Assembly (NCBI GenBank): GCA_002269645.1
Contig: NIVC01001615.1
Coordinates: 1-64,000, forward strand
Origin: Macrostomum lignano
Taxonomy: Eukaryota
Length of the DNA stretch: 64,000 bases
Reading direction: 5' to 3'
Shown here: positions 43,164 to 55,300 of the stretch, piece after piece
How positions within the stretch are numbered: the stretch's first letter is position 1
Layout of the letters: each line of letters opens with the position of its first letter
Notes under the pieces: generated by a model
The model's input: only the letters and a program-made list of their open reading frames with translations
Databases searched by the model: none
What the model was told of the DNA's origin: nothing
Program-made: the position numbers and the translations under genes

Positions 43164-44125
43164 TTGAAAGAAATGAATATTTTGGTTGCGATAGATTTAG
43201 TTCAGCGAGACCTCCGTCGACAACGCATATTTCGTGATCGGTTGGAGCCACTTCAACAATTCTCGGAGGTTGAAATTAAAAGACTGTTTCGGTTCGAACC
43301 TATAGATCACTTCTATCACTTGTGGAGCTTGTCGAGACAGATCTCGAACGGACGACAATGCGTAACAGAAGCCTGACTCCCATGCTACAGCTGTGCCTGA
43401 CACTATCTTATCTCGGCACTGGAAGCTTTCAACAGAACCTGTCTGCTCTTGGAGGTATCGACCAAAGCACCATGTCCCGCTGCTACTGGGGAGTGGTCAG
43501 GATACTGAATCTTCGCTTGAATAACATCCGCTATCCAGAGCCAGGTGTTGAGCGGACGCGAGTGTCAACGGGGTTTAATTAAATTTGTCAACTGGCAGAT
43601 GTAATCGGTGCTATCGACTGTACGTATGTACGAATTCAAAGGCCATCTGATGAGAACTTTCCAGATGAATTCATTAATCGTAAAAACTACCACTCTATTA
43701 ACGTCCAAGCAGTCTGCGATGCGAGATACTTCTTTCTCGAAATAACTGCTCAATGGCCTGGTTCAGTCCATGACTCGAGAATTTTTCGCAACAGTTTTCT
43801 TTTTGGATCGCTTCTAGACGCCCAATGGGAGGGCTATCTTGTCGGAGATTCTGGATACCGACTCTGCGATTTTCTACTCACTCCATATCAAAACCCAGAT
43901 GGCCGGCAGAGAATATTCAATCGCGAACTCAGCCGAGCGAGAGTTCGAATCGAGCAGACATTCGGAATTTTAAAGCGCCGTTTCAACTGCGTTGGTAGCA
44001 TCCTACGCGTACCACTAGACCGTGTACCAACATTAATTGTGACCTGTTGTAAGCTACAAAATTTCGCTCGCACCCAGAACGATCCTCATGATGATCTTCC
44101 TCACCAATTACCTCCAACACCTTGA
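43164..44125 (+). pseudogene. HARBI1-like Harbinger transposase (frameshifted)
   Basis: QLCLTLSYLGTGSFQ, IGAIDCTYV, FINRKNYHSINVQAVCD, WPGSVHDSRIF, LVGDSGY, RVRIEQTFGILKRRF. At least two frame changes. Confidence 0.9.
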
Positions 44126-44396
44126 AGTCATTAGAGGACATTTTTGGAGCTGGCCCGCCTCCAGTCTTCTTCGTAGTTTTTTCCTTAACTCGTTGCAAGA
44201 TATTTTTCCATTTTTTCTGCACCTGGTCGACCGTGTAATTGGTCTTGAAGTGGTCGTTTACTTGAGATGTTACGTCTTCCCAAGCGTTTGCCCTTCTTCG
44301 CCTGCATGCAGGCGTTTGGCCCTTCGACAAAATTGAAGCCGAATGTCTTTGTAGAATGTCAAGAAGAACTGTTTCGTAGTCTGTTGTCGCTGACAT
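43983..44396 (-). CDS. Harbinger Myb/SANT-like DNA-binding accessory protein (probably truncated)
   Basis: NAWEDVTSQVN...TVDQVQKKWKNI..RVKEK..KKTGGG, typical of MSANTD/NAIF1-like domains. Convergent with and overlapping the transposase 3' end. Confidence 0.8.
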   Translation of the reverse strand: MSATTDYETVLLDILQRHSASILSKGQTPACRRRRANAWEDVTSQVNDHFKTNYTVDQVQKKWKNILQRVKEKTTKKTGGGPAPKMSSNDFKVLEVIGEEDHHEDRSGCERNFVAYNRSQLMLVHGLVVRVGCYQRS

Positions 44397-44563
44397 TTCA
44401 GAAGTATACGCATATGCACAGAGAACCAGTATAGGAACGGTTAAGTTAGCGACCCAGTATATAAACAGAAAGCATTTACAGGGGTTTGGGCCATAGAACT
44501 AAAAAAATCATTAAAACTAGGCGCTAAAGTTGGGCGCTCTGTCTAGCTTAGACTAGTCTAGCC

Positions 44564-44939
44564 CATAGATAAAGTATACCATAGATTCCACCCCTACCCC
44601 CGCGGAATGTCTAAATTGTGACCATCACTTTATTCACTGCGCTCCTATTGGCTGGGCCACGCTATGCACATTGAGTCCACGTGTGTACATTCCCCCAACT
44701 CCGCTTTTCTATTATCTCCGCTTTAACTGTTGAAACTGGTAAGACATCCTTTCGTTCCGCGCATTAAAGTTATAAAGCTTTCTTGTGTGGAAGGGGTGAG
44801 GGAATGAAATCGAAGGTGTTGAAAGGAAGGCTTTCGCGCCAGCCAATGAGAGCACGGTGAGTTTTATGGTGGTTAAAGTTTGGACACGAGCGTGTGTACA
44901 TTCTGGGCAGGGGTGGAATCTATGTATACTTTATCTATG
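44564..44939. mobile_element. hAT-like MITE (376 bp) nested in the Harbinger
   Basis: TIR CATAGATAAAGTATAC / GTATACTTTATCTATG. Perfect 8-bp TSD GTCTAGCC (44556-63, 44940-47). Confidence 0.9.
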
Positions 44940-46360
44940 GTCTAGCCTAGACGAATCTCGGTAGTCGCGACTAGCTTTTGTGCATACCGATTTTAAGACC
45001 ATAGACAGAACTACCCAGTCCGGACTAGCTAGTCTGGACTAAGCTTTCTGCATACGGCCCTATAAACTAGGCTTAGAACAAAAACTAGACTAGATTAGAA
45101 CTAGACTAGACTAGATTTCAAATCCGATTGGATTTGACTTGAAATTTCGACTGGAAAAACTCTCGCGGAAAAACCTCTCTGCGGGAAAATCTCGGCGGGG
45201 AAATCTCGGCGGGGAAATCTCGGCGGGAAAAGCCCGGCGGGAAAACCTCCTGCGGGAAAACCTCACTGTGGGAAAAGCTCGCGCGGGCAAACCTCGGCGG
45301 GAAAACTTCCTGCGGGAAATTCTCGTGCTCCCTCACTTACATATATGTGTAGTAGATGCTCACGCCACCACGCGTTTTTATATATTTCCTCATATTATTC
45401 CACGATATCTTTAGAGCTTAACCTAAAGTTTCGGGTTAATTTATTGACGATATTAAGAATATGGTATTCTAATGGACTACTGGTAGCAAGGATGAATTAA
45501 GCGAACTAAGTCATCTCTATCGAGGCATCTACGTAGCTTGACTTCAGTAAGTTACTGTACACCAACTACGTCAGCATGCGGCCGTCCAATGCGCTGGATG
45601 TTTTAGCTGCGGCAGTTAAGTTCGCCTGGACGACCTGCAGGGGGTTAGCTTGATTTCATGGAAGCACCTCGTCCGATAGAGTTACAAAGCGTAGGAGTAC
45701 AGTAAATGTATGGATCATACATCAATTTCCGCAGAAACTAAAGAATCAGAGTCTACTATGTCATATTTTAAGCTAATTGATTGCACCTATAAGTTATAAA
45801 ATCTTTCTAAAAAACTGCGACGTTTCCATTTTTGTTAATATGCTCATAAATTTTCAACTATTTTAATATCCTTCAACTGTAAATTAGGCCTACTAGATTT
45901 CTCGACCGCGCGGGGCCCTAGCTAGCCACATACAAAAGCAACCTATGACGAGTTTGTAGACGTAAGTGTAAGTGATATAGTTTTTTGTGTTTAGTGTGGT
46001 AGTAGTATCAATTCATCTTGACAATTCCAAAGGTACAGAATTGTGCTGAATTGAATGAACAGGGCCTAACAATTGCAAATTGTGTATAGGCCTATGCCCA
46101 AAGATAAGATATTCAAGTAGGTCTACACTCTACAGTACAGCTTTTCGGAATTTTCAGTCTTCCAGACCTTTAGACCCACTGTGTGGCCGTGTGAACTGGT
46201 AGACATCTGACTTCTTAGGTAAACAGCTTAGTAGACCTACTCCAGTAGGACCTGTCCAATTAAATATACCAATTGTTAGAAACTAGACAGTAAGCCTTGT
46301 AAGTTTCATACTAAAGAACTGGAATAAGTCTAATCTTTTTCGTAAAGGCTAGGCCTAAGC

Positions 46361-49300
46361 ATGTCAAATGTTGTCAAACAACTTGCTGGAGGTGGAGGTG
46401 GTCAAAGTTTAATGGACCGTGTAACAGCAGCCAAGCATTCAATATCTGGAGCTGGTTTGGCAAAAGTAATTTGCAAAGCAACAACTGAAGAGCAAATGAC
46501 TCCAAAGAAGAAACATTTATATTGTAAGTATTCTACCTTTGTATTTTTAAATAAAAATTTCTAAGTTTATAATTTTTTATATTATTAGGCCTATGCAATT
46601 TATTAATATACCTATGGCTATATGCTTAACTAGCAGAAACTAGCGCATTAAGCCTCCATTGGGCATTCAAATTCTAAATTAAAACATTGGAAGCATGAAA
46701 AAACGTTTTTTGAATATTTGACCCATTTCCAAATCAATTTTTTCATTGTTGAAAATTTGGTATACTCAGTAACATTGAAAAGTCACCACTGCATGTACCA
46801 GTGAACAATTTTTCTTCAACTATTCTGAAATAAAAGATAGAAGAAAACTGATTGGGTGGCTTTAATCTATCCAACAAAACCTTCGCATATTGTACCCCCC
46901 TTACTTCATTCCTCAACTCAAGCCTATTGTGGCGTAGCAAGTTACATCACTAGTAAAGATGGAGAGACTTTATCTGCACTCTCAAAAGAGGCAACCATAG
47001 ACGGAATCTTCTATGATAATGATTTTTATGTTGCTGAGTATATAAGCACACTACAATACTAAGCCCCCAATATGGTGGGCATTCAAATAAAAAATTCAAA
47101 CATAGAAAGCATTAAAAACATTGTTTTTGAATATTTGACCTACTAACAATTGGTATAAATATATTATAAATAAATTTTATATAATTTTATATACCAATTT
47201 TCTAAATGAATCTAAATTAATTGGGCCCATCAGCTACTGACCCATCTGCAACTATGCCACCTGGTTTTGTATTCATAAAATAATATAAACAAAATTAAAG
47301 CAGTTTAGGGGGTTAATAAATTTCAGGCCAGCTTTTTAACCCTTCCCCCACCATGCACCCACTCTTTTATCAATTGTCTATCAGCCTGGTTGGTAAGCAA
47401 TAATAAAATTCAACCAACCCCACAAATTATGAGCCACACAAAGGGTCATAAAACTCTTTAAGTTTATTGTGATTATATATCCTACACTGTACATTGGCCA
47501 AGGAGAGGCCTAAATGGTTGAACTGAGCAATTAAATTTAGAAACAAAGCACTCATTGAAAGCATTAAAAATAAGTTTTCAAATATTTGACCCACTTTTAA
47601 TTCAAATTTTTCATCAAAAAGTTATGCATGATTGTTGAAAAATCATACATGTGCAACCTTCAAAATTCGGTTGGCCGTGCGACTTAGTTTAAACAAAAAT
47701 GTGATGTAGTTTTTGGCCAAAAATGCGACTTTCATGTAAAAGAAACCCTAGAGCAAAATTAATGCAACTTTAGGTTAACGGCAGGAGTAACTATGACTGT
47801 CTTATTAAGGCAAAATGCCTCATCATCTATTTAGTACTACTTGGGTATTTATTTAGGTGGGCATTTTTGTGACTCATATATGTGTCAGCCGCCAAATTGG
47901 TTGGCTGGATTAGCCAACTCGGCCAACTGTTGCACATGTATTTAAAAAATTACAATTTTTAAAGCTAATTTGAAAAAAATCAAATAGACAATTCTCGAGA
48001 AAATCAATAACAGACAGACAGTCAGACTGACTAATAGACAGTGCAAAATTAGTATATAGACTAGCCAATTCCAACCCCCGTTGGGGCTTTCCGTCAGAAC
48101 TCCTACCAAAGTTTTCCCACGCAAAAGAAATTCATCCAACTCAACCCCCCATCCAAAGAATCTCTAATCCATAAAGTCCCTGATGCAAATAATCTCACAT
48201 GCAAAAAACCCTCATCCAATGCATCCCATACAAAGAACCCCCCATCGACAGAATCCCCGATCCGAAGAATTCCCCATTCAAGGAATCCTCTATCTGTAGA
48301 ATTCCCTATTTAATGAGTCGCCCATCCATAGAATCTGACATGCAAAGAATACCAATCCTTCCCGTCCCATCCCATCCCATCCCATTGATAGAATCCCCGA
48401 TCCGAAGAATGAATCCTCCTATCTGAAGAATTCCCCGTCCAATGAATCCCTTATTACAGAAATAAGTCCGTTGGGGCTTTCCATCCAAACTCCAATCACA
48501 GTTTTCCCTATCCACAAAATCTCCGATGCAAAAAATCTCACATGCAAAGAATCCTTTATCCAAAGAACCCCCATCGATTGAATCACCGATCCGAAGAATT
48601 CCCCTTTCAAGGAATCCTCCCATCTGAAGAATTCCCCATCCAATGAATCCCCTACTCAATAAATCCTCATCCACAGAATTCCCATCCAAAGAATCCTCCA
48701 TCCATCCATATCCAAAGAATCCACCCAAATAATTCATATCATAATCCCCATCCACAAAATCCCCATCCAAAGAATCCAAAGAATCTCCCATCCAAATAAT
48801 CCTCCTATCAATAGAATTCTTGGCCAAAGTATTTCCTCATCTAAAGAACCCCGTCCAAATAATCCCCATACAAAGAATCCAAAGAATCTCCCATCCAAAT
48901 AATTCCCCTATCAATAGAATTCTTGGCCAAAGAATCCCCTCATCTAAAAAACCCCCGTCCAAATATCCCCATCAAAAGAATCCTTTATCTAAAGAATCCC
49001 CCGATTCAAAAAATCCTCCATCAAAACAATGCCCCATCGAAGGAATTCCTCAATGAATCAAAGATATACATTAAAAGCATCCCTCATCCAAAGAATCATC
49101 AATCCATAGAATTTCCCCCAAGGCTTAACATCTCAGCCGTTCCCCCAAGCCTCGACACCTCAGAAATTTCCCCCAAGCATTGACATCTCAGCAATTCCGG
49201 CGCAAGCCTTGACATCTTACCAATTTCTCCCCGTCCAAAGCCTTGACTTCTCAGTAATTCCCCTCCCCAAGCCTTGACATATCAGTAATTCCCCCAGTAA

Positions 49301-52300
49301 GCCTTCATATCTCAGTAATTCCTCCAGTAAGTCTTGACATCTTAGCAATTTCTCCCCGTCCAAAGCATTGGCATCTCAGCGATTTCCCTCCCAAAGTCTT
49401 GACACCTCAGCAATTCCTTCTTAAGCCTTCACATCTCAGCAATCCCCCCAAGCCTTGACATCTCAGAAATTCCCCAAGCCTTGACATCTGAGTAATTCTC
49501 CTTCCCAAGACTTGACATCTCAGGAACTCCCTCTGAGCCTTGATTCCCCACAAGCTTTGACATCTGAGCAAGTCCCTCTTAAGCCTTGGCATCTCAGCAA
49601 TTCCCCGACGGCGACAAGATTAGACATCTCAGCAATTTACCCCTAAGACTTGACATCTCAGCAGTTTACCCCTAAGACTTGACATCTCAGCAGTTTACCC
49701 CTAAGACTTGACATCTCAGCAGTTTACCCCTAAGACTTGACATCTCAGCAGTTTACCCCTAAGACTTGACATCTCAGCAGTTTACCCCTAAGACTTGACA
49801 TCTCAGCAGTTTACCCCTTAGACTTGACATCTCAGCAGTTTACCCCTTAGACTTGACATCTCAGCAGTTTACCCCTAAGACTTGACATCTCAGCAGTTTA
49901 CCCCTAAGACTTGACATCTCAGCAGTTTACCTCTAAGACTTGACATCTCAGCAGTTTACCCCTTAGACTTGACATCTCAGCAGTTTACCCCTAAGACTTG
50001 ACATCTCAGCAGTTTACCCCTTAGACTTGACATCTCAGCAATTTACCCCTTAGACTTGACATCTCAGCAGTTTACCCCTAAGACTTGACATCTCAGCAGT
50101 TTACCCCTAAGACTTGACATCTCAGCAGTTTACCCCTAAGACTTGACATCTCAGCAGTTTACCCCTAAGACTTGACATCTCAGCAGTTTACCCCTAAGAC
50201 TTGACATCTCAGCAGTTTACCCCTAAGACTTGACATCTCAGCAGTTTACCCCTAAGACTTGACATCTCAGCAGTTTACCCCTTAGACTTGACATCTCAGC
50301 AGTTTACCCCTTAGACTTGACATCTCAGCAGTTTACCCCTAAGACTTGACATCTCAGCAGTTTACCCCTAAGACTTGACATCTCAGCAGTTTACCTCTAA
50401 GACTTGACATCTCAGCAGTTTACCCCTTAGACTTGACATCTCAGCAGTTTACCCCTAAGACTTGACATCTCAGCAGTTTACCCCTTAGACTTGACATCTC
50501 AGCAATTTACCCCTTAGACTTGACATCTCAGCAGTTTACCCCTAAGACTTGACATCTCAGCAGTTTACCCCTAAGACTTGACATCTCAGCAGTTTACCCC
50601 TAAGACTTGACATCTCAGCAGTTTACCCCTAAGACTTGACATCTCAGCAGTTTACCCCTTAGACTTGACATCTCAGCAGTTTACCCCTTAGACTTGACAT
50701 CTCAACAGTTTACCCCTTAGACTTGACATCTCAGCAGTTTACCCCTAAGACTTGAAATCTCAGCAATTCCCCTCACAAGCCTTGGCATCTTAGCAAGTCT
50801 CTCTTAAGGTAAGATTTTATACATGTATCTCAATAATTCCCCTGTAAATCTTGACATCTTAGAATTTTATTCCGAGCAAGCATCCCCCAAGAGAAAACGT
50901 CCTTCTGATAGCAATCATCCCTTGATAGAAAGTACCCCCAACAAGATTAGTGAAACAATTTCCTCAGCTAGCCAATTCCAACCCCCGTTTGGGCTTTTCG
51001 TCCAAACTCCAACCACAGTTTTCTTACACAATAAAATTTAACCCAACTGAATCTCCCATCCAAAGAATCCACGATACAAAGAATCTCACATGCAAAGAAT
51101 ACCCCATCCAAAAAACCTCCCATTTATAGAAACCCCTATCCGAAGACTCATCTAAAGAATCCCCGTCCAAACAATGCCATATCCAAAAGGATCCCTTTAT
51201 CGAATGAATCATTCATCTAAAGAACCCCCCATTCAAAGAACCCTCCATCGAAAGAATCCCCCATCGAAGGAATTTCCCAATGAATCACCTATCTAAAGAT
51301 ATCCATTAGAAGCAGCCCTTGTGGAAAGAATCTCCAATCCATAGAATCCCCCCCCAAGAATTGACATCTCAACAATTTCCCCCAAGCTTGACACCTCAGT
51401 AATTCTCTCTTAAGCTTTGTTATCTCAGCAATTCGCTCTCAAGACTTGAAATTTCAGGAACCCCCAAGACTTGACGTCTCATAAATTTTCCCCAAGCCTT
51501 GACATCTCAGCAGTCCTCCAAGTAAGCCTTTATATCTCGGTGATTCCTCCAGTAAGTTTTGACATCTTAGCAATTTCTCCCCATCCAAAGCCTTGCTATC
51601 TCAGCGATACCTCCCCAAGCCTTCACATCTCAGTAATTCCTTGCGTAAGCCTTTATATCTCAGTTATTCCCCCCGGTAAGTCTTGAAATCTTAGCTATCA
51701 AGGCGTCCAAAGCCTTGACATCTCAGAGATTCCCCCACGCCTTGAAATCTCAGCAATTTCCTCTTAAGCCTTGGCATCTCAGCAAGTCCGTTTTAAGCCT
51801 TTGACATCTCAGTAATTCCCCCAGTAAGCCTGCATATTTGAATAATTCCCCAGTAAGTCTTGGCATCTCAGCAATCTCCCCTGAGCAAGCATCCCTAAGA
51901 GCAAGCGTCCTTCCGATAGCAAGCATCCCCTGATATAAAGTACCCCAAGCAAGATAGTAAGAAAATTTCCTCAGCTAGTACTCGTACAATAATTAATTTC
52001 TTATCTAGTGCAATAATCCTTTTCAAAAGTTAAAGTTTAATAAGAATTTTCGAATACACTACATGAATGCTCGTAGCTTCTTCTCTTTTATCTGATTTAT
52101 TTGACGTTTTTTAAAGTTTCCTTCAACTGTCTTGAAATTAAAATTTTTAAGAAAAAACTTTTACACTCTAAAAATTCGAACCCACGTCGCTGCATTAGCA
52201 GTTCAGTCTGTTCACTTCTAGGCTAGCTCTCTGAATTTAGCACTATGAATTTTAGCACTTATATATTTCAACACTGAAAACTCCAAGCATAGAGTAGAAA

Positions 52301-55300
52301 TCGCTCGAAGCAAGTTATGACATAATCAATTTCTCAGGCAGTCAATATCAGTTTCAATTATTAAAGTCAACAATTAAAGTCAACAATATGGTTACGCAAT
52401 CTAAATTGAAATCCAATGGCACTGGTTTGAATTGTGGAGTTGCGATAAAGTAGGGGTTTGCGTTATGGGAGAGTGTACAATGAGTATATATAGTAAAATG
52501 CATAGAAATCTTCTTTTTAATGCTGTGCTTTTCATTTTTCGAATCTCAGCAAACAAATTATATTCCCGAACTCAGCATTTCTAGCTCTTTCCAGCAATAC
52601 AAGGCTCTCTTCTGAAAGTGAAAAACTCGAAGCAAAAATAACAATTGAACATTCCTGCTTTAAAGCATTCAAATTCATAAAGGTGTACATTCAGCGCCAG
52701 TTACAGTGAGAGGCCTGCAAGTTGATCCATTAAAATTAACAACCAAGCCAATGCCCAGGACTAATTGAATAGCGACACCTGCCCCTCAATTTCAGTATCT
52801 AAAATGTGTTGCGCAACCTTTCAACGCTTGTAGCTCTCCACGCGAGTGTAGAGAACCAATGCTATAGTTGGCACTGAGTTATGATGCAATACAATTCCAT
52901 CGGCAGTCAGACTGCTTCTCAATCGGAAAGAACTGTTTGAACTTTAAAAAACGGGGTAAAAATCGAGTTTTTCGAATATTTAAGCCCGAAAAAATAAAGC
53001 AATTTCTTAGCAAAATTTTGTGTACCAGCGCAACATCAATACGCATCGAATGCAGAAAACCCCACGAAATTCCGACCATGTAGAGTGAAGTTAAGCGAAG
53101 GTTCCTATAGGTACATAGTTTTGATTTTTAGTATATTGGATGGAAGCATCCAGAATTTTTATTATACCCCCCCCCCCTTAATTGGTTACGCAAGTTAAAT
53201 AGAGTAATTATCTGGGCAGTGGGGCAAAGTGAATTTTCTTATCAGTTGGCTCTGGCGCAATCATTAAAATTGGCTGTGAAGTTTCTCGCTGCGCGCAGGC
53301 TGATAAAAAATACACTAAAAAGGCCATTTAAAACAGTTTTTCGAATATTTAATCCCCTTAGCATTGAGCTAGAGCTTAATAAAATTACATGTACCATCCC
53401 GGGCACATTTGACATCTTTTGGCGAAGAAACGGAGAAAATCGGTTGAGCCTTTTGGGAGATAACCTGTTACATACCCACAGACAGACAGGGCCGGTGGAG
53501 GGGGGGTTGCTACTTTAGATATATTAGATTAGATTTCTATTTTGTACAACTAGGTCAACATAATTTTTATAGATTTTTTGTTTTTGTGAACTAGGCCTTA
53601 TGGCCATCTTATTGATTATTGTCTTGCTCATTACCTATTATTAAGCAATTAAACTATAAGGCCTATATGTTAACACAATCAAGTTGAATAGCTAGAATAG
53701 TTTAATTGTGAAATTCTAACCAAGCATTTTCATTGGGGCACAAATAAAGTCAAATTTATTCTAAAAAAACACTTATATATTGCTATGTACCCTGGCCTAA
53801 CCTCCCTATTCTAAAGGAATAAATAAGTAAGAATAGCCCAATACTAGAAAAAGCAAACAAAATTTACATGCTCATAGTTTCTACCTTAATTGAGTTACAG
53901 AATTGATACTTTATATTTAGACAAAGGATTAGTCAATGAAAAATGAAGTTTGAAATCAATTGCTTCACATAAAGCAAACTTATAGCAGCAAAATTTAGCC
54001 CATTGTCACTATTTTTTGCACTAAGGCCATATTAGGAAAGAAAGAAAGGCAGGCAGAGGTTGGGATGGTTGCCTTTTTGAAAAAAGAAACAAACTTTCTA
54101 TTTAGGATTAACTTTAAGATTCAAAATTTTCACAATTGTGTCAAATTTGAAAACAATTAGTAAAAGTGGAACAACACTGTGGAGGATTTAGTGAAAAATG
54201 CAGTTTTGCACTTTTAGGTAGGAAGACTTGGATTTAAGAAATTTTAAGGTAGCCTATGACACTTTTCGTAGTGAGTTTAGAAGGGTGCAAAATATAATGT
54301 CATATCATAGCCTTGTTATCTCAGGATTCCCCCTCATGAGCCTCGTCATCTCAGAAATTCTCCACATGAGCCTTGTCATCTCAGAAATTCCCTTTTCATG
54401 AGCCTTTTCATCTCAGAAATTCCCTTCTCATGAGCCTTTTCATCTCAGAAATTCCCTTACCATGAGCCTTTTCATCTCAGAAATTCCCTTACCATGAGCC
54501 TTTTCATCTCAGAAATTCCCTTACCATGAGCCTTGTCATCTCAAAAATTTTCCACACGAGCCGACATCTCAGAAATTCCCTTCCCATGAGCCTTGTCATC
54601 TCAGAAATTCCCTTCCCATGACATGAGCCTTGTCATCTCGGAAATTCCCTTCCCATGACATGAGCCTTGGCATCTCAGCAACTCCCCCATGAACCTTGGC
54701 ATCTCAGTAACTCCCCCCCCATGAGCCTTGGCATCTCAGCAATCCCACAGTATTCAAACCTTATCAACACTAATTCACGCACTCATTGCTCCCACCCCGG
54801 CAGACCTAGTGGAATGCACCAACGAGAGCAACATCAGCATTCCCGAGCTGGCTAACGAGCTACTAGAACGGCTGAAGCATCAAAACTGGGTTGTCGTATT
54901 CAAAACTCTAATTAGCATTCACCACCTGATGAACTATGGCAATGAGAGATTCACGCAGTATTTAGCCTCAAATAACTGCAGCTTTGCTTTGCTAAACTTC
55001 TCCGATAAGTCTAGCGTTCAGGGCGCCGATATGTCGCGATTTATTTGTCGGTATAGCGCCTACGTGCAGGAGAAAGCCATCGCTTATAGGAGCCTGGCGT
55101 TCGACTTCTGCAAGGTGAGACAATCTTGTTATTAACAATCGATGTGATTTCAAAAATTTTTTATTGAAATATGCGATTTAGGCATGAAATATGCAATATT
55201 TACATGCTGCTGTTGGAATCGTTGCACAGATGCGAGTGTTCTGGTCGTAGATAGGGATAGCGCTTTCTAAAGATGGGCGTTGGAATGTGTTGTAGAGGAG

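Larger units (their letters stand above)
42912..45060. mobile_element. PIF/Harbinger DNA transposon
   Basis: TIR GGGCCGTATGCAGAAAGCT (42912-30) and its reverse complement (45042-60). TA on both flanks; a 3-bp TSD was not resolved. Encodes a convergent transposase and a Myb/SANT protein. Confidence 0.92.
42725..45332. mobile_element. Fold-back-type non-autonomous DNA transposon (superfamily unresolved: Merlin- or MULE-like) hosting a Harbinger
   Basis: Termini GGGTCTATGAGAATTTCCC / GGGAAATTCTCGTGCTCCC. Long imperfect inverted arms of CCGAGATTTT(C)CCG repeats (42725-42841, 45130-45332). Perfect 8-bp TSD TCACTTAC (42717-24, 45333-40). Confidence 0.8.

Noticed and set aside
52165-52232. tRNA-like fragment on the minus strand (GGTTCGAAT, CTGCTAA loop)
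   Set aside because: No complete cloverleaf or acceptor stem; at most a SINE or tRNA relic.
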